In this document: positions 48,412 through 62,139 of the stretch, piece after piece
Numbering within the stretch: position 1 is the stretch's first letter
Layout of the letters: every line of letters starts with the position of its first letter
Source: Albugo candida
Lineage: Eukaryota
NCBI GenBank assembly: GCA_040437565.1
Contig: JBDOQK010000026.1
Span: 186,001-250,000 of the forward strand
Length of the DNA stretch: 64,000 nucleotides
Reading direction: 5' to 3'
Program-made: the position numbers and the translations under genes
Notes under the pieces: generated by a model
Told to the model about the DNA's origin: nothing
Seen by the model: only the letters and a program-made list of their open reading frames with translations
The model's database searches: none

Positions 48412-51400
48412 ATGAGTAGTGCTCCGATAAACCTTGGTAATCTAGCTGATCCGATTGCGTTGGCAGAAGTAGAACGCTTGAGTCATCAGGAAGCGAATCA
48501 GCTTACCGCTGCGACACTAGAGTATGGTGACGAATATGCGTCTAATTCTAGATCCGTCGGCTCAGTACCGTCTCCTCTACAGCGTGCGAGTCCCACACAT
48601 CTTCGGACGCTATTCGAGCCCCTGACAGCTCTCACAAGCGCTCAAAACGCTGTAGCGGAATTACGTGACGCATCTCATTATCAAAAGCAGTCGCTTTCTT
48701 CACGAGTTTCAGCAACACTTGCATCAACTTCGACAATCACAACTTCGCATCGGGAAACACTGTTTCGAATCAGAATTTCTGGAATACAATGTAGAAATCT
48801 TAAAGCACGCAAACTACTTACTGGAAAAAGCGACCCTTTTGTTGAATTCTATTGGGATGATACGTCGGAGAAAGCGCCTTATACGACTCCGACCATCAAA
48901 AATGACTTGAATCCAAATTTCAAAGGACTCTTGATCGCTTTTGAATATCGAACGACTCTTGCAAATTTACATGAGAAGCTTTTAGTCATCAAGGTATTTT
49001 CAAATCGCACTTTTCAAGCAAAAACTCTGCTAGGAATGGCTAAAGTTGATTTATGGACAATTGCCACTGGTCCCGTGCATCATGATCATCATCTGATGGG
49101 CTGCGAGAACGGCCGGATCGTATTCAACTGCTATATGGAGCAATGCAGCGATTGGAATATCTCTGTGAGTGAAATAGGAGTTATGATGCCGGCAATCTCG
49201 CACGAATTAGACCGACCAGAAGGACATGATTATCAGGAAGATGCTTCGTTGCCTTTGAAAAAATTCGGTGTGAGCTATAAATGTACGATAGGCACCACAG
49301 AGACATTTTATGTTGGAAGTACTCTGAAGAGAGCTACAAAGAGACCTATTTCTGAAGTACAAGAAGTAAGCTTCCAATCATTGGCACGTCTCGCAGTTCT
49401 TTCGTCTCGTGTCTCTCGACCCCATGCATGTCAGTTACCTTCGAACCTTTCCTCGACTAGCTCCACTAGCACAGAAGGAGTCGGATGTAGTGGAACAGGA
49501 ACTGGATCGGGTAACACACCAAAGGCTAAAATCTCTGGCCCAATGAGTATTTCTGTGTCGAGTTCTGGACCAAACTCAGCTTCAGTAACCCCTCCAGTTG
49601 CATCGGAACCGGTCATCGAGGACCCTGTGGCAGTCAAATGGTCATCCAAGGACGACGATTTACCAGGGATCACACGCTATAGTACTTTTGATGAGCTTAT
49701 GTCAGCAACTTTGACATTGGAAGTGCGTCAACTCAATGTCGGTCGAGGTCAAATCTCATCGGATCCTGATGGAGGTTATCTGTTACTTTTCGAGAAATAT
49801 TATAAAGAAATGGTTTGGACAATTTTTTCACAGTAATTATTGCTCTCTTTCACCACAGCTTTCTATTTGTTAGGCACTGTTCTGTCCCGATGTGAAATTA
49901 GACGATGAATTACGGAATACGCAACTGTTTGGTCAGACTTGGATTTCTTTGGAGAAGATTTTTGAAGATGCGATACAAGAACGGATTAAAAGAAAAGTGG
50001 ATACTGACATTCATTTAGACGGAGTACACGTTGGCCCAGCTGCCGGCGACTCGAGTATGATGGATCAGTTTGTCACTAGCCGATTCGAGCAAAGTCTGAC
50101 CCTCAAAGGCCATCAGATGGGCGTAATTTTCGGTACCATTCTCTTCAATCGCATTCCCGATGTTCGCCAATTGCGATGTGGAGTAATTAGTGAGAATGGC
50201 ATCACTTCATCCAGCTCAGTGATTGTCGGTACTTCCAATATGAACTTGGGTGGTCGCACCAAAGCAGCGCGTAAGCTCAAAGTGATCATTCCGATCGAAG
50301 CACAAAGAGTCTTGGAAAAGACACAAGATCTCGTGGAGCTGATGTCAGTACGTCAAAAGGATGATAAGGATGCAAAAGTACGCAAAGCTACCAAAATCCT
50401 CAAAGTGTTGCAGGTATCACATAAAGCATCCATGCTCTCTTGGGTCTATGGATCCACTGAGGCTCTCGACGAGACAAAAAGCATTCTTTTACGATTATGG
50501 CAGTTCTTATTTGAAAATATTCGCGTTAGGCACTACACTCTTCGAAATGTGTTTTATGAGCTGCTATTTTATCTGGTCAAACGAGCAGAGCTTAGTGATT
50601 TACCTCTATTGGGCTTTGATAGCAGTTTGGCAGCGGTCAATAGGGATGCCTCTGGACCGAAATCAAGTTCCAAAATCGCTCATACGCATCTCGCGCTTGG
50701 GCTCAAGCTTCGAGCCATGCTGGTAGAAACGAAATACTGCATCTTACAGACCGTATCGGTGCGCGGGGTGATGAATAACAATTTGATGTTCTTTGTGGGT
50801 CGCATGCTCTCCGTACTTTGTTTTCGATTGCCGAGTTTTGGTGTGGAATTGTATCAGTTGTGGGCAGAATCGTATACGGAACCGGTCCCCGAGTTGGCTA
50901 CAGAATTTCAGATGAGTGCAGATGCCCACCTTTTCGCGATGGATGGATTGGAAGCTCATTTAGACTGGAGACGCTTTCACAAAGCTATTTATGATGAGTA
51001 TGGTGAAAAAGCGTTAAAGGGTCAAGAAGAAGAGGCTGAAGACAAGTACGAAATCACAACAGCTGAAACTTGGAAGACTCGATTTCGTCGATTAACTGGC
51101 GACAACAACACACTCAATATTTTGGTTGTGGATCAATGGCTCTGGTACATCTTGGACACCCTCGCAGTTTTCAACCAAAAGATAGGCTGGGTGCATTTGC
51201 CTGGTTACACGCAAGTTTTGAAAGTTTTCTTCCTGGAAATGAAGACCCAAAAATCTGGATGGTTACCCCCTACTCTTTACAAACTGTCTTGCACAATGCT
51301 CTCCAATCCAAGTTTGATCAACCCGATGACAAAATTTCTTTTAAGTAGCACGAGCGTGCACGATGTTACTGCTGTCATTGGTGCCGTCGAGTTATTAGGC

Positions 51401-53090
51401 GTTTGGATGTACATGATCCGAAGTTGGCGAGTACGTCTAGGGTCGTACCGTTTATCTCATTTGGAAAACAACGATCGGTGGAATTTTCACCAGGACGACC
51501 AATACTCTATTCCAGCCGGTGACGAGGTCTCATTGCTTCCTCCTTCTTTCGACTTTCGGTTTCTGTGCCACGCATTAAGGGTTTTACTCTCATCAGAACA
51601 CACTCAGGTCGTCTTGACGACATTAGAATTCCTATACAATTGCTGGGATTGTTTTCCAGAACGGCAAGCTGACAAGCTACGCTACGAGTTATTACAGTCA
51701 TTTCTACGTCTATTTCTACATTGGCATCGTGAAGTACGTCACTTCTTCCAGACTCTCATCGCGTATCGAGCCATGAAGCCTCACGGATGGACACAGATGG
51801 GCGCTTCGTACGTGAATACTCCACCACACAGTAGACGTCAAATGGATGCAGTAGCTGCTGACTTTAACTTATCTTTGGGCACTGATGACGCATGTGAACA
51901 TTCAGGAAGGCGAATGCGATCATACAGCGCAAATAATTTACTTGAAAATGTACAAAAACGACTAACTTCGTCACCTCGTACCAATACTGGATTAGGAAGC
52001 CGATCTGGACACTTGACGTCACCTCGTTCGTCTGCCTTCCGAGCGTCTCAATCTCCCATCTCATCTCCTGTATTTACCCACAGAGCGTCTTTACCCGGAA
52101 CCAATATCACGATATCATCTCCTAATAGCACATCTACTAGTGGATCTTCACCCAACAGCGCCTCATTATTATCGTTGGGTATGGATCGACGGAGTGTCGA
52201 TAGTGTCCTTCGCGCTGAAGGCCGGAAAAACTCCCTTCCGAGTACGGCAGAGAAAAAAGCGCGCAGCGCTTCCGAAGATTTTATACATCTGGCCCTACAG
52301 CCACAACCTAAAATGGATCCCAATATACAGCTACAATTTAATCGTTTATTGGAATCAGTGTATGCAGCAGCGAACTCGTACATTGAACGGCAACGATCGG
52401 ATGGGAAATTGGTTCTACTGCGATCAAAACAGCCGTTGGCAACATGGAAAAAGAAGGGTACCTTACTTAAGCAAGGCTTTATCTACAAAAACTCATGGAG
52501 CTTGAAGTATTTTTCACTGCAAAATAACAAGCTGGGTTACGCAGACACAGAGAACGGTCCTATCAAGCGCGAAATGAATGTGATCGGATGTTCGGTGTCT
52601 GAAGTCCCCAATCAAATCGATCAATCCACAGGCACCCGAGTCATTCTCTTTTATTGTTTCAGCGTCGACAGCGGCTATCAGCGTTTTGTATTATCCGCTC
52701 CAACTTTTGAAGAGCAGCGGGATTGGATCGAGGTACTGACTCAAAATGCGACCACAAATGCAAACGACATGAAACAAGATACGAGAGACAAAGCAAAGTT
52801 TGGCTCCCAGTGGGATGTGACCGATGTATTCGACAAGCTCAAGCTGTTGTCTGGCAAGCATGATCCCGCTGAGGATGTCCCAGACACCTTGATGCCATAC
52901 ACCGCTTTGGCTGTGAAAGAGTACGTTTCAATGAATCTCCTTTTATTTTTGTATCTGACGCATTGTAATCCCTAGGTGGCTTGATTTCCGTGTGGATGTC
53001 ATGGAAATTGAAAGCAAAATCGCAGCTGGCCAATCTTTCACAATGCCTGTGCTTTTGTCCAAGTCTTCTATTTATGCCGACGATGATTAG
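48412..53090 (+). CDS. C2 domain - DUF1765-like - PH domain protein; 3 exons (48412-49812, 49874-52920, 52976-53090)
   Basis: C2: CRNLKAR...GKSDPFV...DLNPNF. DUF1765-like: FDFRFLC...EHTQVV..TLEFLYNCW...FLHWHREVRHFF. PH: KKGTLLKQG...SWSLKYFSL...EEQRDWIEVL. Introns 49813-49873 and 52921-52975 keep the frame. Confidence 0.78.
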
Positions 53091-53446
53091 CCGAGGTCCC
53101 TTTGAATCCGTCCTAGATCTTCTGAGGCGATCAGTATTTACAAGTCATCAGGAAGACCGTGAACAAGAGTATATACGTGCACATGTCGTAGATAGATTCA
53201 TCGAGATCGATCCATTTTATCTAATAATAGTCGCGCTTCAAAGGACTGCAGCTTTTTCGTCGCCAGATTCGTATGTCTCACACTTTAGAGCAACAAATGC
53301 TTGAATCAGCGCAAAAGCGGCTGCGATGCGTTTCCAATGTAGAGAATTTTGCGTCTTTTATTCAATTCACAGCTTCGTTACTTTCGTGTATCTTGTAGGA
53401 ATTTGCTCGGGAATGGAAAACAGCTTTGCTGGATTCTGCGTCGAAG

Positions 53447-56400
53447 ATGGAAGAGCAGCAGTCAGGTTCCCGACTAAACGATTGGCACTCTCTGTTTCTA
53501 CAATCGGAAAGCGGATTAAAATTACTCAACGTATTGCGTGAGCGACGAGAAAACCGGGTAGCCGAGCGAGAAACTCGGACGAAACGAGAAGAAACCGACG
53601 CACCGATTGTGTGTGAGGATCCGATTAGCAGCATCTACAAGCAGATGCGAATGGAATTCTGCAGACTTGGTGCTATTGGGAGGATGTATTTGGTCAATTT
53701 AGAAAGCTTTACACACGAAATCTGTGATCAAAAAGATTTACCTGCCTTTACAAACTCGTCTTTTACGATGAGAAATCAAATCAAGCATGCAAAATTACTG
53801 GAGTTTACAAAAAGAATGGAGCAATCATGTCTTCTCCTTGGCTCGAGTAGCACTTTGATCTCTTCGTCGACAGCGCTGATGCACGATATGGAACTTTACC
53901 TGCAGATTGACGCTTTCCATCATCAAGTTGGCCTTCCCGTCGATCGTTTAACGACTCATTTGCAATTCTTATGTGCTCAGCGTCGGTATCAAATTATATC
54001 CAGAACGTATAAACTGTTTCTTCCGTGCACTATGTCAAATGCTGCTGGTGATCATAATCGCTTTCCATATCTTGTAACTCGTACTTGTGACTTGGAAGAT
54101 AAACTGCGAAAGCTTCTTCTTAACGTAGAGGCTTCACAGGGTGATTGCGACCCTAATGACGACGTACAACTTGGAGTTTACCTGGATCGATATTTTGACG
54201 CGCAGATACTTGAAACTCAGATCGAGGCATCCGGAAGAGGTCTAACTCATTCTGCACAAAATGAGATGGGTCTCGATGAAGCTTCGGGTTTGGAAGCCAC
54301 TTATCAAAGCATTCACGAGTTTTCTGTCGAATTACTAGAGAAAACTTACAAATCGGGAAATTCCAATGTGGCAGCTGAAATGTTGACCTACACCGTATTT
54401 GATGACGAGATGAATCATCGAGTGCTACCAGTGTCGTACCATGATTCATTGCTTCAGAATGAGGTGGACCTTGTGCGTATGAATGACGCAAAGTATCACA
54501 AAGAACGCCTTAAGCGATTCTGCTCCAATTATTCAAAATTGGCTACTATACAAGATTCTGAGAGCACGAGGCCGAGCGCGAAAGGAGGTAGCAATGAGCA
54601 GAACTCAATGCACATTTCCGGCGAAAATATTTCGCAGACCAAATTATACAACTTTTATTTGCTCAAGTTTCTACATTGTCGTCAAATGCGACAAAAGCTC
54701 ATGCGGGTGCTCAATTATCTTCAGTTCTTGGCGTATAGTTGCCAATTCAGACAAAGACAAGAAGAAAAGTCTCAAAGGATGGGATTGTGGGAGCACAGTG
54801 AATTCAAAGCGAACGATAATGGAAATTGTTCCCAGCTGGAGATGCCGTGGCGAGCAAGCTCAACCAGTGAAGGTGAAAAGCTTCAAGCAAGTAGCATAAG
54901 AATTGTCGGCATAAGGTCAGAAAACGCGACACAGGAGGCAGATGGTTATACAAAAAGCGAGATAATTTTTTCGAGGACGCTTGAAATGCTTCTTTCTATT
55001 GTTCATCAGCTGATGAGCACTGCCAGCAAAGTGATAAAGGCTCGAGAGATCCAGCAGATGGAGGCGATGGCTCTCCGATCCGACAATCCTTCCCATGAAT
55101 GTACTAAAAGATCGGCAATTGATCGTCTCGGAGTATTATGCGAATTGATTGAGATGGAGGTTGAGTATCAAAACGCTAAAGTGAGCCATCTCCTTGCATT
55201 GGGAGTAGACACGATTGCTTTTCAAATGAGCCTCAGTCATTGTCTGCTCATGCTTGAATGCATACAACAGAGACCACAGATTATCAAAGCGTTGAAAGAT
55301 GTGGAGTGGGATATCAAGCATGTAGATGCATCATTCGCGTCAATGACTACTCTTCGAGAAGGCTATACGAGAGAAATAAGCTGTTTATCATTATATTCGC
55401 GGCTTATAGAAGGCATAACAACTCACATAAAAGAAGAGCAAATATCGCATCATTCGGGCGCTCATCGTGAACACTGCGATCAGAATATGGAAATCGCCAC
55501 GTTTCTAGTTCGAAAATTATGTCGAAACGACATGACGCCTCGATTGCACACATCAATGCATCGCGTGATGCAAATAGCTCAAGAACAATGGAGTGACATC
55601 CTTCCTTACCCATTGAAAAGCTTCCATACTTTATCAATGCATGAGGCTATACTCGAAGTAGCTCTTTCCGAGTGGGAAGCAATAAGGCGTCAAATGGCGT
55701 GCTCATATGTCACGTTAGAGTGTAAAGTTGATGACCTTTTTACAACGAAGAAAGGATACAACGTAGACATCTCTCATGCAATCATCTACGAGAGTTTAGT
55801 CGGCCAAATGGAATTATCTGACGTAAAAGTAGAGAATATCATCAAGCGTCTACCGTCGATTTTATGCTGGACACAATGGCACAGGAAAATGAGCCGCATC
55901 ATGTATACATGTGCCTTTCTACAGCATTTCGATACATCTACTCTTCTTGAAGAAATCAGCAAAAATCTCCAGATAAATATACTTGAAAGTCCGAAAAACG
56001 AAGCAACCTTCATCCCGCTCGCAATTTTTGCTTTGTCGTCTCAACAGCATAACGAAGAGATTGTCCAGTGTCAGCGCTACACACCACTTATGTCTCGCTT
56101 GATTGGAGCTGATATCATGGACATGTCTATCCCGCAGTTTCTTGGGTGGATCGGGGCCCAATCAGCTCCGAATTTTCAGAAAATTCAGAAAGCATTGCTT
56201 CATATCATGCAACTCGAGCAAGCATGGAGTACATTCCTTTCCCACTGTCTTTATTATCACAATGCTTTGGCTGGGGAATTTGTAGACAATGTAGCTAGCT
56301 CTTTTTGTATCGAGTTTTTCGATATCAGCACCAGCCATCAGAATGAGTTTAGAGCTAAGGCGACAGCTTTTATAGAAAAGGTTCAATGTGAGCACAGAGA

Positions 56401-59400
56401 GAAAATCAACCCTTTCTTGGTTCCTATTACGCGGTACAAAGATAAAACGATTACTGAAGCGAGCCTGATCGTGAATCCCGTGGAAGATTCTGATAGAAGT
56501 AGCAAAGTAACAGCATTTTGGCATGAAAGACTTGAACGGATGGTCAGTTGTATTATGGAGACGATGGCAAAGGCACAAAAGGTGCCTCAGTATCTTGTCA
56601 CTGTGCACAGCTGCTTGTGGCTCATGGAACGAATACCACAAGAACAAAGTTTTATGACTGGCAAGGTCGACGCTAGGATGAGTAAATGTGCTTTTTCGTA
56701 TTCAAACTATCGCTCCAATAGCGCTCTTGCCAAAGCACTTTGCTTCATGCATAGCAATTCCGTTCCAATCTCAAAATGTGCACGTGAAATCGAGAGAAAC
56801 AAATCTCATCAAGTGGAAGAAGAGTCAAAGGACTTTATTCAAAACGGTTTGCTCCATGTTCCCACCTTTGTGGAGCTGTTGGAGTCTCTCCAATTATCAA
56901 ACTACTTTACTATCACGCTTGATTCGGACGTAGCGACCACCCATCAGGAAGCCCTGGTCCAGAACTTTGATCATATGCTTCAGATTTATCATAGCTTCAA
57001 ACTGTGCATGGAGCTGTGCCATTTACGGTGCTGCCTCTGCTTTGAACCCGCCGCAAAAGGTAAGAATGTTGACGCGAAATATCGATCAGGTACGAATGCC
57101 TCTCGAATTGTGGACGAATGTGATCTATATGGAAATTTGCATGACGCCATCCGTGAACTTCATGATACTGCCTTCAGAGACTGCAGTAAGGCGATTTCTT
57201 TTTTGGCACCAATTTCCTATGAGATCATTGCTCTTCCTGTATCAAAGGATTGTGCAAATCTCACAAAAAGAGGTCCTTCTGACGCGGTCTGGAGGTCGTA
57301 CGCACTCCAACTTCGAGACAAAGATAAAATGCTTGCTTCTCTCGTAGAGTTGAAGAACATTGTGTATCTCCGTGTTCAGACACTGCTTTCGGTATTGGAA
57401 CTTCGCCTCGCTCTTTCCAGCCACACTGAGAAAACTTCGTGTGAGAGGCTTTTACAAATTTTGGTTCCAGTTCAACAGAAAAAGACACGAATTTTGATTA
57501 GTTCNNNNNNNNNNNNNNNNNNNNNNNNNNNNNNNNNNNNNNNNNNNNNNNNNNNNNNNNNNNNNNNNNNNNNNNNNNNNNNNNNNNNNNNNNNNNNNNN
57601 NNNNGAACATTGTGTATCTCCGTGTTCAGACACTGCTTTCGGTATTGGAACTTCGCCTCGCTCTTTCCAGACACACTGAGAAAACTTCGTGTGAGAGGCT
57701 TTTACAAATTTTGGTTCCAGTTCAACAGAAAAAGACACGAATTTTGATTAGTTCAGGTAGCACGTCCGATGACCGGCATCACTTTGAAGGCTTTATCAAG
57801 CTGCTAGGACGATGGAAATATGTACAGCCTCAGTACTTTTGTGGCTTAGATGCATTCCTAACTGACGTATTAAGAAATTCAAGCGTTCAGCGATCAAGCC
57901 ACCTCGACCAGAAGGACTTTCTACAAGATATAACAAATTGGCTTCAGTCGCTTGTTCGGACTGTTATGCTTATAGGAGGCAATTTCCACAAAAAAACGAG
58001 CTCTCGTATCACTATTACTCACGAAGTACAGCAAGTCATCGAGAAAAATGAAGCCGGCATGAAAGGTTCCATTATTGCAGGTTTACGGTCTCTTCATCCC
58101 GATGTGGAGGCCTTCTTCTACCCTCTCCGTGTCATCCTTAAAGGCTCCAACATCTCGACAAATTCTAGATATAACGACGAATCGGACGATGTTGGACACG
58201 TTATGCACGTTCCTCTCCATAAAATACTATTGTACAAGCAAATTGAGCTGCTGGAGACTCACGAAACCGTGTGCTGCATTGACAACGATATCATGGTGTT
58301 ACAGGACCACTACGAGCACTTTCTGAACATCAAGAAAGATCTGATACTAGATCCTTTTCACAAAGAACCTCAAATTATACCGTCAGACTCCGCTTGTGGA
58401 AATGATTCTGGTCATCAGTGGAATTCCTATCTGGATCAATTGGAAGCTGTATGTACGAGCAATAAACCTCCAGAAGAAATCAAAATGTACCTGAGCCTCT
58501 TCCTGGAGAAAGTGAGGATTCTTTTGATGCGTTCGAATGAGAGCCTTCTTACAAGCATTCAAAGCCAATATAATCAGAAGCTGAATGCACAAACACTCGA
58601 AATTGCGGGCCTACATTCACATGTGAAAGAACTTGTCGAAAGTATTGGTATTCGTGAGCGCGTATATGCGAGCACNNNNNNNNNNNNNNNNNNNNNNNNN
58701 NNNNNNNNNNNNNNNNNNNNNNNNNNNNNNNNNNNNNNNNNNNNNNNNNNNNNNNNNNNNNNNNNNNNNNNNNNNCCATAAAATACTATTGTACAAGCAA
58801 ATTGAGCTGCTGGAGACTCACGAAACCGTGTGCTGCATTGACAACGATATCATGGTGTTACAGGACCACTACGAGCACTTTCTGAACATCAAGAAAGATC
58901 TGATACTAGATCCTTTTCACAAAGAACCTCAAATTATACCGTCAGACTCCGCTTGTGGAAATGATTCTGGTCATCAGTGGAATTCCTATCTGGATCAATT
59001 GGAAGCTGTATGTACGAGCAATAAACCTCCAGAAGAAATCAAAATGTACCTGAGCCTCTTCCTGGAGAAAGTGAGGATTCTTTTGATGCGTTCGAATGAG
59101 AGCCTTCTTACAAGCATTCAAAGCCAATATAATCAGAAGCTGAATGCACAAACACTCGAAATTGCGGGCCTACATTCACATGTGAAAGAACTTGTCGAAA
59201 GTATTGGTATTCGTGAGCGCGTATATGCGAGCACGAAGGTTTGTCAGCATCGGTTTAAAGTGATTCAAATGGAAACGGAAATCCGTCAGCTTCGCGGAGA
59301 GCTCGAAATTGAGCAGACTAAAACGAGAATTGCGACGTTGAGTCAATCAGAACGAGAAGCAGCAATGCACCGCGTGCGAAAAATGGAAGCTCAGTATCGA

Positions 59401-60492
59401 GCTGAAAATATACCAGTGGAATGCGATCTCGATGATGTAGTGCTAGCCAAAAGAGCAAGTAGTGCCATCTCTACCCGCAGCGGGCATTTAAGTGTTCCAG
59501 CCAAAGTATCACTTCTTCAAAGTGTGCGGTCGCATGAAGAAGAGACTCGGACCATAACGTCCTTGCGAGGAGAAGTGAAGCAGTTGAGAGAAATCATATC
59601 AGACCTTCGAGTCCACACTACGGTTCAGAAGGAGCGATACACTCAATTGGAATCACGTTTCCAGCATTCTAAAGAGCTTTACGAGTCGCAATTGCATGTT
59701 GCTGAAGCCGAACACAAGCATTTACGCTATGAATTGCAGCAATTGCAACAGGAATTAATTTCGCAGAAGCAAGTTTGGGCCAAGTTAGAAGCACAATTAG
59801 ATCGGTTTAAATCGGAGCGGGAGCAGCAGGCAAAACTGCGAAGAGACCAGAGAATGCGAAATATTTTCGCGGCGTATTTAAAGAGGCGAAAAGAGAGTTC
59901 GAGACGCAACGCACCAATGATACAGACGGAAGGCCCCAAAAACCATATAAAGAATTCCGAAAAGAGCGCAATCCACTTGGGTGGAAGCCCTAAGGTCGAC
60001 TCTGGGGATACGGAGCAGCTGGGAGACTTGAAGGATTCGGGTAAGGAAAATATTGTATCTCATTACCAAAACCAGATCAAGCGATTGCAGCTGCAATTGA
60101 ATAAAGAAGTCGAGCTGAAAAGAAAAGTGGCGGCACAAGCTGCAGATCTCAAGACACGATTGGCAATGACCCAACCATATTCTCCCACATTGATAGATAA
60201 AAATCAAAGACCAGCTGAATACGTCGTCCACGCACAAAGTAGGCATAATAGTGAAGCACTACGCGATGATGTACCGCAATCTAGTCCACTGGGGAAAGCG
60301 TACCATCGACCTGCAACCTCGGAAGGTCGCTCTGCGTTGGGCGAGTCGACCTTGGTTGTGACTCGTAATCGCTCACGATCAGCGCAGTCACATCGTAAAT
60401 ATGTCACGTTGAAGCGTCCAGAAACAGATTTGGGCACGGTGCGCGGAAATCCGAGTGCATTTGCAATCCGAGAACCTCTACGCTATCGATGA
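53447..60492 (+). CDS. Large (~2078 aa) protein with C-terminal coiled coil; resembles CCDC162/DUF4549-like proteins
   Basis: Three ORF pieces merge into one 6237-nt frame once the 250-bp and 559-bp gap-plus-duplicate segments are removed. Motifs YLLKFLHCR...VLNYLQ and IDRLGVLCELIEMEVEYQNAK recall CCDC162; the family call is from memory and tentative. Confidence 0.65.
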
Positions 60493-60646
60493 GACTATTT
60501 TTGATACGATTCGATCTCTAGTTGCGATCGATGAACGATTGCAAGCCATCGAATTCAACATCCTTGATTTTCAAACTCGATTATGCAGAAGGCGGGATAA
60601 GTTGATACAAACTCTGGTATTTTGAAATCTTTCACCACTAAGAATG

Positions 60647-60968
60647 TTACTTCAAATGCTTCATAATCCGTGGAGCTGACTACGGAAAAGGATCAATCAA
60701 ATGGTTGATTGGAATGAAGTCTAACTTACGTGATGATCAATGCAAGAAAGGTAGTCGAGGTAGTACCCGTCGCAATCACCAGATTGCTTCTGCTGAACAC
60801 GCTCGAGACAACACTCATAAACTTCTTTCGCTTTCGAGCATTTTGGTTTGCATTCTTCTCGAATTAGAACCATAACATCAACGGGATCTTGCTTCGGCTA
60901 TACGAAAACATTGAATCACGCAGAGTTAGCGATGAAAAGCTGGACTTGATCGCCGCTTTTCCTACCAT
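60647..60968 (-). CDS. QCR6: Cytochrome bc1 complex hinge protein (subunit 6); 3 exons (60968-60966, 60897-60730, 60679-60647)
   Basis: Spliced product is MPKQDPVDVMVLIREECKPKCSKAKEVYECCLERVQQKQSGDCDGYYLDYLSCIDHHSAPRIMKHLK (67 aa), with hinge-protein Cys spacing and two GT-AG introns. Absent from the ORF track. Confidence 0.88.
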
Positions 60969-61191
60969 TTCGGCTGCTTGCAAATTAATAGAACTAGGCG
61001 GTTCAAAAAAAGAATGAACCGGTTCAGCTTATGTATTTATGGATCGATTAGAGCGATGAAGTGGTCATCCAATTGCGCTCATTTCCGGTATAGCGCTTCT
61101 AGTAAATGGCGCACCAAGCTTAACGTACATTGAAAGCAATTATGCTATGTCGCCACCACGACAATACATAAGAAACAGACCTTGAATGCTT

Positions 61192-61929
61192 TTATACCAT
61201 CGAATCTCCGTGCTGATGTTCAAATATCAGCGATTCTTCGTCTCTCTCCATAAATGAATTAGAGCTTTCTGTCTGTCGAAGGCGACGCTGTTCGAGTTCT
61301 TGGACGCTATGAAACCGATTCGGCATCATTTCTGCAGAAGCTAGGCGCTTGATTCTGACAAAGGCACAAAATAGCAGGACACCAGAGAGCATAAGAGTGT
61401 AGAGCAACGTGGGCAGCCAGTATTTGACTTGATATCGTCGCATGGTGTCACGCAGATACGACTGATCTGACGGATTCGTTTCATTTTGGACGAATGACAA
61501 GGTCCACTTTGCATCAAGGTCATTGAAAGATGCATTGCCATACGTGCCAATCATTGCGGCGGTGGCGGCATCAGCGATCCGGGCGGCTGCTGTTACTTCT
61601 GCAGCGTGCAAAATCTCTTTTTCCAACTGTTTCTCTAACAAATGAATCATTTCCAGTCGACTTTGAGCGACTTGAGATATATTTTCGAAATGGGTGTGAA
61701 GAACCGAAAGCTCGAAACGCAACTGATTGCGTTCATGAAAAACATTTGCGATTTCGGGACTGATCATTTGATGTAACGTGAAGGATCCAATGCCGCCCAT
61801 CAAAAGCATCCCAAAGAAAACACATACACCTTTCGTGAGCCATGTCACATAAATTAAGGATACCGATCCATTGAAAAAGTCGCTTATTGTGCTTCTTCCA
61901 CGGGAAATCAATCTCTTCCAACAAGCCAT
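61192..61929 (-). CDS. Hypothetical two-TM protein with coiled-coil loop
   Basis: Open frame of 245 aa from ATG 61929. Two hydrophobic segments (VCVFFGMLLMGGIG; LLYTLMLSGVLLFCAFV) flank a heptad-rich region. Confidence 0.55.
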   Translation of the reverse strand: MACWKRLISRGRSTISDFFNGSVSLIYVTWLTKGVCVFFGMLLMGGIGSFTLHQMISPEIANVFHERNQLRFELSVLHTHFENISQVAQSRLEMIHLLEKQLEKEILHAAEVTAAARIADAATAAMIGTYGNASFNDLDAKWTLSFVQNETNPSDQSYLRDTMRRYQVKYWLPTLLYTLMLSGVLLFCAFVRIKRLASAEMMPNRFHSVQELEQRRLRQTESSNSFMERDEESLIFEHQHGDSMV

Positions 61930-62139
61930 CGGTGCACGAGTACTTGATGAACAATGCACGCACAACGGCGTAGTTCGAACTGAGAAATTGAAGCACGATA
62001 ACCGTTAAGGAAGGTACATATGCTATAAACCAATGATAGCACAGCTTGCAGACTTTGAAGCACATTTGATATTATCCAATCAAAGCTCCGTCGTGTATGC
62101 GTAAAGCGAAAAGTATCATTCCGCAAGACTTTCAACCGA

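Noticed and set aside
57355..59234. Apparent internal tandem duplications in the large gene
   Set aside because: Each pair abuts a 100-N gap and collapsing restores the frame, so these are assembly overlaps rather than biology.
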